Below are positions 1 through 8,771 of a stretch of DNA of 54,256 nt, piece by piece. The DNA is from a virus. Lineage: Duplodnaviria; Caudoviricetes. The translations under genes were made by a program, and so were the position numbers. The stretch spans positions 1 through 54,256 of IMG/VR virus record IMGVR_UViG_3300030328_001943. The stretch is one strand, 5' to 3'. The notes below the pieces were generated by a model. That model worked only from the letters and a program-made list of their open reading frames with translations, had not been told where the DNA came from and searched no databases. The stretch's first letter is position 1. Each line of letters begins with the position of its first letter.

Positions 1-102
1 TCTGGCTCCCAATACTGATATTCTTGATAAGCTAACTTTTTAAGTTCTGGAAAATCTAATCTAGTTCTTTGACAGTCAAGTAAAATAATTGAATCAGGGG
101 CA
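1..102. repeat. Assembly terminal redundancy, copy 1 (circular genome)
   Basis: 1-102 matches 54155-54256 except g99 vs c54253. Confidence 0.97.
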
Positions 103-1118
103 TCCTCACTAGGTCTAAAAACACCCCAAGTTGATATGGCTGAATAGTCTGCTGTTTCTTTTTTTGAAAAAGCCGTATCGTAACTTTGAATAATGTATTG
201 AACTGCGGGCAAATTTTCGGACTCCCACTCTTGCCACCACTCACGTTTAATTATAGATCCTTCTTCAGCAGTTGGAGTTTGCAACCATTGTGCGTTCCAT
301 TTTATTAACGGCAAAGACGCTCTTACTCTTTCTAGCTCATCAAAAGACCAAAACTCAGGCCATAAAGGATTATCTGTTTCTGGAAAAACAGCAGGAAACT
401 CTATAACTTCCCATTGATCAGCTTTTAGTTCTTGTTGTGCGGTCAATAATTTAGCTGTTAAATCTGTATTACTCCAACGGGTCATAACTAAAACTATGGC
501 TCCTCCAGGTTGTAGCCTTTGTCTTGGTCCAGATGTGTACCATTCATAACAGGCTTCCATAGCAGTTTTAGATAATGAATCTTGTTCTGAGTGTGGATCA
601 TCTATAATTAATAGATCTGCGCCTCGACCTGTAATAGCTCCTCCTACACCTGCTGCAAAATATTCGCCACCTTTATTGGTTTCCCAACGTCCTGCTGATT
701 TAGAGTCTGCTTGTAATTCTACGTTTGGAAACAGTTTGCTAAATTCTTCTGTGTCCATCATGTTTCTTACTTTTCTACCAAACCTAACGGCTAACTCACC
801 TGTGTGTGTTGTCTGCATAATTTTACGATTTGGTTGTTTGCCCATAATCCAAGCTGGAAAGTAAGTAGATGCAAACTCTGATTTAGTATGACGAGGAGGC
901 ATATTAACAATTAATCGGTTAATTTTACCTTCTGCTATTTGTTGTAATTTATCCGCAAAAATTTCATGATGCCGACCACAAATAAATTCAGGCCACATTT
1001 GTTTTACAAACTCTAAAAAATTTTGTTGACAGTTATCTTGGTTTTTAAGATTATCTAGACGTTCTTTTAACAACAGAGCTTCTTTCATCTCTGTATCGGA
1101 TAAATGTGCTAGGCTCAT
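1..1118 (-). CDS. terL: Terminase large subunit, N-terminal part (continues at 54154-53809; about 487 aa in total)
   Basis: Not in the ORF track. Manual translation from ATG 1118 gives MSLAHLSDTEMKE...RLIVNMPPRHTKSEFAS (Walker A-like), GAITGRGADLLIIDDPHSEQD (Walker B), IQSYDTAFSKKETADYSA (nuclease). In frame with the 53809-54153 ORF across the junction. Confidence 0.95.
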   Translation of the reverse strand, partial: MSLAHLSDTEMKEALLLKERLDNLKNQDNCQQNFLEFVKQMWPEFICGRHHEIFADKLQQIAEGKINRLIVNMPPRHTKSEFASTYFPAWIMGKQPNRKIMQTTHTGELAVRFGRKVRNMMDTEEFSKLFPNVELQADSKSAGRWETNKGGEYFAAGVGGAITGRGADLLIIDDPHSEQDSLSKTAMEACYEWYTSGPRQRLQPGGAIVLVMTRWSNTDLTAKLLTAQQELKADQWEVIEFPAVFPETDNPLWPEFWSFDELERVRASLPLIKWNAQWLQTPTAEEGSIIKREWWQEWESENLPAVQYIIQSYDTAFSKKETADYSAISTWGVFRPSEDAPDSIILLDCQRTRLDFPELKKLAYQEYQYWEP

Positions 1119-4066
1119 AAGGCAGCTAGCATACTATCTATACTAACAAGGCCACCTGTGTTTAAACCTTTTGCCTCACCTTTTATATATTCTTTTAATT
1201 GGTCTGGTCTTAATGCTACTGTCGGTATTTCTCTACCTGACTTTTTATAAAGAGCTGCTACTTCTGGATGTTGTTTTATTACTTTTCTAGCAGAATTACC
1301 ACCTTCTTCTAATGTTTTAAATAAATAACTTAACCTATCCCCAGCTTTACTGTATGCAATATCATCTATCTCTTTAGCAGTATATGGTTTTCCTGTCCTA
1401 AGATTATTGAGTCTTATTGCATAGGGAGTATCTTTAGGCACTCTCATTTTTACACCACCAAATTTAGCTGCCCCTAGATCATAATAAGCACCTAATCTAT
1501 TTTTTATGGGCATGACCTCAAATTCTTTAAACAATTTTAAATCATCAGAATCTATTAATTCTTTTGCAGCAGCTTGTCTGCCCCGTTGTTTCAAGCTAAG
1601 AACTTTATCTATCAATTTTCTAGTTTTATTAGCAGATAAAGCAAATTTACCTAATGGCCCAGCACCAAGGATTGCATAATCTACTGGGTCTGTTGGATCA
1701 AAAATAATATCAGTTACATCTTTAGCTGAAATGGATTCTTCTACAGGCTGAATAGAACCTACGTCTGAAGAAATATCTATAGGCAATATAACTTTGTTCA
1801 ATTCGTTTAAGGATTCTTGTATACTTACAGGACCACCATTTTTGAAAGCATTAATGCCTTTCTTTTTGACTGCGTTTATAAACTCATCAGTAAAAATATA
1901 ATGTGCTCCAGATATAGTCTTTGGCAAGTTATCATCAACATTCCTTATATCGTAAATAAATTTAACATCATCTGAATTACCGCCCATTTCTCTTACTATC
2001 TTTTTTAATTCGTTTGCAGCTTCAACATATTGTGATTGAACAATAAAGTTTGCATCCCTACCACCACCTTCTCTAGATACAACTTTTTGTGGTCCATCAA
2101 TATAAATACCACCATAATTTCTACGGACTGCATCATTAACTCTGGCACGAGTTACGATTTTTGTTACCACTGGCCTATTTCGAACAGCAAAATCATCTAC
2201 ATCAAATAAGTAAGGTGGATATTCAAAACTAGAAAGTGGTTTAACAAAAACATCATCACCAACTTGCAAATGTTTATTTTTTGCTAAGTCAGATGATTTT
2301 TTTATGTATTTTAAAAAAGATCCTTTAACTCTGCCTTGGTAAAAGTCATCTGCGTACTTTTGATAAGATTCTTTCAAAAAATCTGTTAATGTGCCTTTAA
2401 TTTTTGCAGCATTAGGTATGCCGTAAGTAATGTTATAACCATCTTTAATAAAAGGATCTATTTTATTTTTAGCTTTTATTACAAATTCAGGCTCATCAAA
2501 CAACCTATCATTAACATCATCATATCTAAAAATACTTCTAGGTTTTTTATTAAACTCTGTAACTTCTTTGTTAAATTCATTAAAAGTATCGCCTAATTCT
2601 TTTGCTGCTTTTGGGTCTTTGTAAGCAGTATCTATGTCTTTTCTTTTGCGAACTTTTGCTATACCTTCGGCGTAATCTGATTGAATCCTGTTTAGGTTTT
2701 TAACAACTAAATCTTTATCACTTAATTCTTCTACTGTTCTACCAGGAGCTACTAAACTTTCTTTTATACCTCTAATACTGTCATTTAAATCTCTAGATTC
2801 TGCTTTCATCATTTTTAAAAAATTTTCACTGTCTAAATTTGGCAATATTTCTTTTAAACCTCTGACGTAATCATGATGCGTTTCTCCCAAATCGTGTTGT
2901 TCTAAAGGGTTTTTGAATATAACTCTAAAGCCACCATCTGCTTTGCGATCTGGAACTTTGAAAGGTTTGCCTGGGACAACGGCATCAAAATGTTTAGCAA
3001 GTTCTTTGTCCAAATCAGCAACTTTGTAATCCTTAACCTTGCGACGCATTTTATTTGTGACATCGCTTTTTATTAGTCGAGTTGGATCGCCATAAAAATT
3101 ATATTTCACATAGTCTCTTGATTGGGCTAAGGTATCTGCTAAAGCGTCTCTCATATTTGATTCTAAAGTTAAAAAATCAATATCTGTCGAACCATCAAAA
3201 ACTAATACATCATCATAATATTGATTAAAATGCGCATCACCCATTTCTTTTTTTGCATCTAAGCCTTTGACGCGGTAAGAAGCTTCTTGCTTATTGCCCA
3301 AACCATAACCACTTAAAGTTCCTTGATCTACTGATTTATTTGGATCTATTTCAAATTTGAAATAATCTAATTGTTTTTCTTCTAGATAATTATCCAAACC
3401 CTTAACATTTATTTTATTTTCTATAGAACCAAATCTTTTGACAAAATCTTTGTGTAGGGTTCCATCAGGATTTAAAACATCCAAAGCTCTTAGTTCATTA
3501 TTGGGGACTTTGTTTTTAAGTTTGTTCAACAAAGAGTTCATTTTCATCTGGTCAGGATAGTTGCCTGTATAAAGTTCTTTACGAACGGTTGAAACTAAGC
3601 CTGTGGCATCATCTATTGGATCGCCGATTGTAAAATTACCAGTATTGGGATAGGTAAGTTCTGTTAAGGGCCTGTCCTTGTCTAGCTTAGGTACTTCTAT
3701 TTTTTTCGGTTTAGGTAAGTCGGCTGGTTGAGCAACTGGGGCTTGAATAGTATCTTTAGGTATAGCTTTAGTTGTAGGACGAACGCCTCTTAACAATCTA
3801 AACAAAGGAATCAAAGATGCAGCAGTCAAACCTGTTAAGGCTCCATAACCAGCTCCACCCAAAATATCACCTTCTTTAATTTTTTCTTTGGCTCTGGTAG
3901 AAAACTCATAGGTTTCATAGGCTGCTAAAGCGTCACCTACGCCTGGGGATATTGATATGCCTACTTGGTCTAGAAGCGGTAGTTCTTCAAACTTAGAGTA
4001 AGCGTCGCGAACTTTGCCTTCTTGAACTAAATCTGCTATTTCTGCACTAATGTCTGCTCTAGACAT
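1115..4066 (-). CDS. Large putative virion-internal/ejected multidomain protein (983 aa)
   Basis: Long ORF whose stop overlaps the terL start (ATGA). Hydrophobic Gly-rich hairpin near the N-terminus, HF...RIQSD segment, FKNGG and LNTGG motifs. Confidence 0.6.
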   Translation of the reverse strand: MSRADISAEIADLVQEGKVRDAYSKFEELPLLDQVGISISPGVGDALAAYETYEFSTRAKEKIKEGDILGGAGYGALTGLTAASLIPLFRLLRGVRPTTKAIPKDTIQAPVAQPADLPKPKKIEVPKLDKDRPLTELTYPNTGNFTIGDPIDDATGLVSTVRKELYTGNYPDQMKMNSLLNKLKNKVPNNELRALDVLNPDGTLHKDFVKRFGSIENKINVKGLDNYLEEKQLDYFKFEIDPNKSVDQGTLSGYGLGNKQEASYRVKGLDAKKEMGDAHFNQYYDDVLVFDGSTDIDFLTLESNMRDALADTLAQSRDYVKYNFYGDPTRLIKSDVTNKMRRKVKDYKVADLDKELAKHFDAVVPGKPFKVPDRKADGGFRVIFKNPLEQHDLGETHHDYVRGLKEILPNLDSENFLKMMKAESRDLNDSIRGIKESLVAPGRTVEELSDKDLVVKNLNRIQSDYAEGIAKVRKRKDIDTAYKDPKAAKELGDTFNEFNKEVTEFNKKPRSIFRYDDVNDRLFDEPEFVIKAKNKIDPFIKDGYNITYGIPNAAKIKGTLTDFLKESYQKYADDFYQGRVKGSFLKYIKKSSDLAKNKHLQVGDDVFVKPLSSFEYPPYLFDVDDFAVRNRPVVTKIVTRARVNDAVRRNYGGIYIDGPQKVVSREGGGRDANFIVQSQYVEAANELKKIVREMGGNSDDVKFIYDIRNVDDNLPKTISGAHYIFTDEFINAVKKKGINAFKNGGPVSIQESLNELNKVILPIDISSDVGSIQPVEESISAKDVTDIIFDPTDPVDYAILGAGPLGKFALSANKTRKLIDKVLSLKQRGRQAAAKELIDSDDLKLFKEFEVMPIKNRLGAYYDLGAAKFGGVKMRVPKDTPYAIRLNNLRTGKPYTAKEIDDIAYSKAGDRLSYLFKTLEEGGNSARKVIKQHPEVAALYKKSGREIPTVALRPDQLKEYIKGEAKGLNTGGLVSIDSMLAAL

Positions 4067-5259
4067 TAGCTTAATCCTTTAGATCTTCCTAGTATGTCGC
4101 TAATTGATGCAAGATCTATATTACTCATGGTTCTACCACCAGATATACTGTCAATAAGTTCTTGAATTTTTAATTTACTAGACAAAGAATCTAAAATGTC
4201 TTGCTGGTCTTTATCTACTAAACTACTATCTAATTTAGCAGTTATAGTCTCAACCGTTTTTACAAAATTAGGTTTATCTTTATCAATTTTTTTGGCAGTT
4301 ACAATTGTTTCTCCACCTGCATTAAATTTCGGTAAGGCTTCTCTTCGTTCATCAACAGCTTCTTGTAAAGATTTTTGCATAGCTTTATTTTGTTTTGAAC
4401 TGAAGCTTTTGCGTACTTCATCTCCAAATCTGCCTTTTTTTAACCTATCGCGTAACGATTCTTGAAAGCCTCTTAACATAAAATTAGGTATTCCGCCTAT
4501 CCCTTCTGCACCCATATCTTCACCAGGATTTATTTGTCTTAGTAAATCAGGCCTATTTCTAAAGTTTTCAACGGTTGCCCTAAAACTATCTTCATCTCGA
4601 TCTAAGTCGCCAGGCATATTACTTAGTCTTATTTTGGCTGCCATCAAATTATTCATTTGCTCGCCTATCATATTGACCATATTTTGATCGTTATTCATTT
4701 GAGCCTCATTTAAGTCTAATTCCAATCTATCTAACTCAACATCAATACCAAATATTTGTTGTTCTGGACTTGCATTTAAGAAATCAACGATACTGCCACT
4801 CATATCTTGTGGTGGATTTAAAACAGATCCTAATCCTGATGCTAATGCTCTATCTTGTCTAGATAAAGGAGTATCTTTATCAGCCATTAATCCATCTTGA
4901 AACATAGGTACTCGCATGCCAAATTCTGGTGAAAATTTTTCTGGCCTAGGAATCATTCTGTTTTCCATACCCATAATTGGTTGGGGGGGAGTCATAGGCA
5001 TACTTGGCAGCATATTATTTGGCTGGGCTAGGGTACCTGATATACCTCTAAGATTACGCATGATATTTTGTTTAACACTATCGGGCAATCCTCCCATAGG
5101 AGATATTTTAGGCATTTGACTAAAATCCATATCGCCAATAGGTTGACCAAAGATTGTTGGGTTGAAAGAAGGCATTCTACCTCTAAAACGCATATCTCCA
5201 ATATTAGGCTTCATAGGAGAAACTGCCATTTTGTTTCTTAGTCTACTAAAAAAACCCAT
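4066..5259 (-). CDS. Putative virion-internal protein (397 aa, Met/Pro-rich N-terminus)
   Basis: ORF coupled to both neighbours; amphipathic start MGFFSRLRNK; FNAGG motif. Confidence 0.55.
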   Translation of the reverse strand: MGFFSRLRNKMAVSPMKPNIGDMRFRGRMPSFNPTIFGQPIGDMDFSQMPKISPMGGLPDSVKQNIMRNLRGISGTLAQPNNMLPSMPMTPPQPIMGMENRMIPRPEKFSPEFGMRVPMFQDGLMADKDTPLSRQDRALASGLGSVLNPPQDMSGSIVDFLNASPEQQIFGIDVELDRLELDLNEAQMNNDQNMVNMIGEQMNNLMAAKIRLSNMPGDLDRDEDSFRATVENFRNRPDLLRQINPGEDMGAEGIGGIPNFMLRGFQESLRDRLKKGRFGDEVRKSFSSKQNKAMQKSLQEAVDERREALPKFNAGGETIVTAKKIDKDKPNFVKTVETITAKLDSSLVDKDQQDILDSLSSKLKIQELIDSISGGRTMSNIDLASISDILGRSKGLS

Positions 5260-5558
5260 TACATCATGCCCATATTCATCTCAGGCTGACTTTCTCCCAT
5301 CAATAATTTCTCAACCATTTCTAATTCTTCAATAGTTAAGCCTATTTCAGCCAAAAATTGTGCTATTTCTTCCTCTGTAGCTCCATTTGCCTCTAATTGG
5401 GCAACAATATTTATGATCTCTTGTAAAGATTGTAAGGCTTCTTGCTTTTCTTCGGGGGAAATTTGAGATAATTCTTGCATGAGCATATTTTCAGGCGACA
5501 TATCCATACTTTGATTGCCTTGATTTAGACTCTGTTCTATTTGATCTAGTTCGTCCAT
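5259..5558 (-). CDS. Acidic helical hypothetical protein, first gene of the late operon
   Basis: ORF with AGGAGA ribosome-binding site just upstream. Confidence 0.7.
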   Translation of the reverse strand: MDELDQIEQSLNQGNQSMDMSPENMLMQELSQISPEEKQEALQSLQEIINIVAQLEANGATEEEIAQFLAEIGLTIEELEMVEKLLMGESQPEMNMGMM

Positions 5559-5836
5559 ATTTTTCTCCTGTAAAAAGGGTACGAAATATATATAAGGAAG
5601 GAGAAAGACCGTAATCGGGGTTGTTCCACTCGTACCCTTTTTAACTTACCAAAGATTGTAACACTAGGTTTATAAAAAAAGATAGGGTTGTGCTACAAAT
5701 CATTATTATTTGAGAGAGATGTTGTGTAAAGCTTGTGTTATATGCCTTGCATTTTTTTTAGCGATGGGGGGGTTTTCCATCCCAGCGCGCTCCCTCCGAT
5801 CACCTGCCCAAAAGAATCCTGCTCTTTTGAGTGGAC

Positions 5837-5862
5837 AAAAAAAAGGACACCTAAGTGTCCTT
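5837..5862 (-). terminator. Intrinsic terminator
   Basis: AAGGACAC/GTGTCCTT stem followed by a T-tract on the minus strand, downstream of the 5897-6049 ORF. Confidence 0.65.
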
Positions 5863-5896
5863 AATAATTTGACATCAAAGTATGATGTCGATTTAA

Positions 5897-6049
5897 CTAC
5901 TTCATAATCTCCCTCCTATGTAGTTGTGCTTTTTTATTTTGTTTCCACAAAGTCTTAACTTTGTGAACAGCTTGTATTTCATTCCGATATACATACGGAG
6001 TTATAAAATAGTTTGTATTACCCGTAGGAAAAATCCTAACCTCATACAT
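5897..6049 (-). CDS. Small hypothetical protein (50 aa)
   Basis: Manual translation MYEVRIFPTGNTNYFITPYVYRNEIQAVHKVKTLWKQNKKAQLHRREIMK; below the track cutoff; weak RBS. Confidence 0.45.
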   Translation of the reverse strand: MYEVRIFPTGNTNYFITPYVYRNEIQAVHKVKTLWKQNKKAQLHRREIMK

Positions 6050-6059
6050 GATGTCAACC

Positions 6060-6275
6060 TTAGTTGACATCATCACGAATAGGTAAAAGGTTATTAGGTT
6101 GATTATTGCCTAATGCCTGAGTTTCTTGATTACTAAACAAAGCCATATATTCCTCATAACATATCTGACCATTACGAATTACTGTAATGCCATTTATTAC
6201 AAGTTCCTGACAATTCTCTTCTAAAGCAAGACCAACAACCTGTTCACCTTGCATTATTTGTATATTCAATTTCAT
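6060..6275 (-). CDS. Hypothetical early protein
   Basis: ORF with GGAGA RBS and an upstream promoter-like sequence. Confidence 0.65.
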   Translation of the reverse strand: MKLNIQIMQGEQVVGLALEENCQELVINGITVIRNGQICYEEYMALFSNQETQALGNNQPNNLLPIRDDVN

Positions 6276-6302
6276 AGTTTTTCTCCAAATGTTTATTGTT
6301 CT

Positions 6303-6333
6303 AATATAACACGATTTGATTACTATGTGTAAA
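6303..6333 (-). promoter_or_regulatory. Sigma70-like promoter with overlapping TTAC-N5-GTAA operator
   Basis: TTTACA-19-TATATT (long spacer); operator at 6320-6332. Confidence 0.5.
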
Positions 6334-6624
6334 TTAATTTAATTTTATTTTTTAGACCTAAATCTAGCTTGACGACACCCTGGAGTGCGTTTTTTTTGTG
6401 TTAGGTGTGGTTTAGCTTTGCTAACCTAAAGAAAGAAACAACTACATTTGAAATCCCGATCCCGATATTACTCTATTAATAAATAGACTAAAAAGAACAA
6501 AAGTATTAATAGGAGTATATCCACGAGCAGACGCCAGCGCGCGCGCTAACTTTTGTTATGTGTGTGACAAAGGGCCAGGCATCTGGGGCAACTATGAAAC
6601 CCAGAGCCCGACCCGACCCGAGAC

Positions 6625-6990
6625 TTATCTATCACAAAAAATGACATCAAAGCCATAGTATGTTTCAAGATACCAGTCCTGGATTCCCTGAGGAAAGCTA
6701 TAACTATCTGGACAGGATCCCAAAGAATAGCCGACACCCCAGTCATGCGGTCCAGCCTCATATGTAACCCAAATATCTCCCTTATCCACTTCTGAGAATT
6801 TTGAACTATCATCTGACATGCTTACTTCCCATTTAGGATCGTGCCCAGTTCTCCTGGCTTGTTCCTTTAGGGCTATATACAATTGCTTTGCTGCCTCTGC
6901 TTTTGGCACTTTCTGCGTGACAAAATCAGGCAACAGACTTGGATCTAGCTCAAAATAATAATTGAACCCTTTCTCTTTTACATTTGACAT
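6625..6990 (-). CDS. Hypothetical early protein (121 aa)
   Basis: AAGGAGA RBS and its own promoter; WVTYEAGPHDW motif. Confidence 0.75.
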   Translation of the reverse strand: MSNVKEKGFNYYFELDPSLLPDFVTQKVPKAEAAKQLYIALKEQARRTGHDPKWEVSMSDDSSKFSEVDKGDIWVTYEAGPHDWGVGYSLGSCPDSYSFPQGIQDWYLETYYGFDVIFCDR

Positions 6991-7019
6991 ATTACTTCTC
7001 CTTTTTTATATGTAAGCTC

Positions 7020-7048
7020 AATATACAGATTATTTTACTGATTGTAAA
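7020..7048 (-). promoter_or_regulatory. Sigma70-like promoter with operator
   Basis: TTTACA-17-TATATT; TTAC-tgatt-GTAA at 7035-7047. Confidence 0.7.
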
Positions 7049-7290
7049 CCCTTCTTTTAATATTAATTAACGCTGCATTTTTGGCATCTAACGCAGCCGA
7101 AGGGCCTGGATGGAAGCTCAGGTGTTAGGTGTTAACCAAAAAAAATTCAAATCCCAGTCCAGATCCTGAATTTAGATCCCGATTCCCGATTGTTTTTGAT
7201 TTATAGATCTCTTTTAGGCAACAAGAAACTTTCCCCCTGGAAAGAGGGCCAATTTTTTGTGTGAGGTGTTATTTAAAAAATTAGATGACC

Positions 7291-7322
7291 AAAAAAAACG
7301 GGATTGAATATCAATCCCGTTT
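7291..7322 (-). terminator. Intrinsic terminator
   Basis: 12-bp stem AAACGGGATTGA/TCAATCCCGTTT with a T-tract on the minus strand, downstream of 7377-7613. Confidence 0.7.
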
Positions 7323-7376
7323 CCCGTTTATTCTATTAGTATGATTAGGACTAACAGTAGTAATATTAAAAACCAT

Positions 7377-7613
7377 TCAAGCATTCATTTTATCTTCCTT
7401 TTTTAGTGGATTTTTTGGAAGTAAAAAATCAGACTTGACTAATTCTTTTAACATTTCTTTTGGTAGATGACTTAATATGTCTAATGCTACATCAATCATA
7501 AATCTATATTCTTCGTAGCTTTTATCCATTCTGCTATATCTACCCATAACTCTATAACCAAGTACGCTAAAATCATCTAGCTTGATTGAAGTTAATTTTT
7601 TATTTTTAGACAT
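7377..7613 (-). CDS. Hypothetical early protein
   Basis: ORF overlapping the upstream gene; AGGAG RBS. Confidence 0.65.
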   Translation of the reverse strand: MSKNKKLTSIKLDDFSVLGYRVMGRYSRMDKSYEEYRFMIDVALDILSHLPKEMLKELVKSDFLLPKNPLKKEDKMNA

Positions 7614-7788
7614 ACTTTACTCCTCTATTAAATGAACAATAAAGTCGCCAAGCCTTAACAAGCATTTCTGCTTCTTCTTTAGGTAATTGGAACGCTTCGA
7701 CCAAAGATTGAGAATAACTCAATACAGTATTTTTTTTAGACGCTTGAAGTTCGTCTAAGAACTCAAAATACACAGTTTCATTTTTCAT
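7606..7788 (-). CDS. Hypothetical early protein
   Basis: AAGGAGA RBS and promoter. Confidence 0.7.
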   Translation of the reverse strand: MKNETVYFEFLDELQASKKNTVLSYSQSLVEAFQLPKEEAEMLVKAWRLYCSFNRGVKYV

Positions 7789-7817
7789 ATACTTCTCCTT
7801 TATTAATATGAACCTTG

Positions 7818-7845
7818 ATTATAACAAATGAATACTAAGTGTAAA
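7818..7845 (-). promoter_or_regulatory. Sigma70 promoter (extended -10) with operator
   Basis: TTTACA-16-TATAAT with TGn extension; ATAC-taagt-GTAA at 7832-7844. Confidence 0.75.
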
Positions 7846-8288
7846 CCTTTTTTTTATAGTTGACACAACGCAGTTTTACCAGCGCGCGCGCTAACTTGGT
7901 CTTAGGTGTAAATTTCTACCAGAAACCTAGCTTCTAAATAATAAATAATACAAACCCCGATCCCGTTTTACTCTTGACATACTTGACAGGCAGGAGATCC
8001 CAGCGCGCGCTCCATCCAGCTCTATAGTGTTATAAAAAAATTTTTAACCACCTGGTTTTTTACTATAAACAGTCCCGTTCCCGTCCCGATTACCTGAAGT
8101 GCCAGGAGGGCCCTCTGGATCTCCTGAGTGATGTGTATGTGTTAAAGTATACATATGGTTCAAAATAGCAAAAAAGCTATCCCGTCCCGTCCCGTTTGAA
8201 TTTATATTGGCAGACCGACCGAGGGACAAAGAAAATGCTAATAATCTCACCCCCCTATGAAAATAATATTATTTACAATATTTTATAG

Positions 8289-8336
8289 ATACTAATAGTA
8301 ATCTCCATAAAAGTATGTATAATTTACATATAGTAA
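8289..8336 (+). promoter_or_regulatory. Rightward promoter flanked by two operators
   Basis: TATAAT at 8318-8323; ATAC-taata-GTAA at 8289-8301; TTAC-atata-GTAA at 8324-8336. Confidence 0.6.
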
Positions 8337-8354
8337 TCATTAACAGGAGAAATA

Positions 8355-8771
8355 ATGAAATACAAATTGAAAGAAAATAATAAATTTACGCATATCAGGA
8401 AGAACACTTTTGATATACCAACAGGGCCGTTAGATAGTCCTATAACGAACGGACATGAACTCTACGAGTTTCTTATGAGTATAGCTAACAAAGAACGCTA
8501 TCAGTTCAAAGGAAGAGGTAGAGGTAGCCGTAAGAAATACGGAACTGTTAGAGATCTACCAATAGAATACGCTGAAAAAATAGCACTCTATCACTCTACT
8601 AGAGATCATATTGCTTACAAAGAAATACAAGAATTAGAAAGATCTAACTCAGCTTGGAAGATTAGCTGTCAGTTAGAAAATGTTATGTCAGCGATTGAAG
8701 ATCATAACGCAGAGTTTAATAACGATTTAGAAGTAGAATTTAGCAACAAGGAGGAGTTATGCCAAGAGTAA
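8355..8771 (+). CDS. Hypothetical early protein
   Basis: AGGAGA RBS; basic RYQFKGRGRGSRKKYG segment. Confidence 0.75.
   Translation: MKYKLKENNKFTHIRKNTFDIPTGPLDSPITNGHELYEFLMSIANKERYQFKGRGRGSRKKYGTVRDLPIEYAEKIALYHSTRDHIAYKEIQELERSNSAWKISCQLENVMSAIEDHNAEFNNDLEVEFSNKEELCQE

Larger units (their letters stand above)
6370..8197. repeat. Seven dispersed tripartite modules CCWG-~25nt-GTGT-~45nt-(TCCCG)n
   Basis: CCCG clusters start at 6455, 6607, 7178, 7316, 7956, 8074 and 8181; each has a GTGT box about 44-47 nt upstream of a CCCG copy. Confidence 0.7.

Noticed and set aside
1-102. Physical direct terminal repeat
   Set aside because: It falls inside terL and looks like an assembly overlap
6370-8197. 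CRISPR array or integron attC interpretation of the modules
   Set aside because: No identical 25-45 bp repeats, no cas or integrase gene, and the modules are not internally palindromic
5710-8250. Track ORFs 5710-5907, 6546-6812 and 8044-8250
   Set aside because: They run through hairpin or repeat DNA or overlap better ORFs, and lack an RBS
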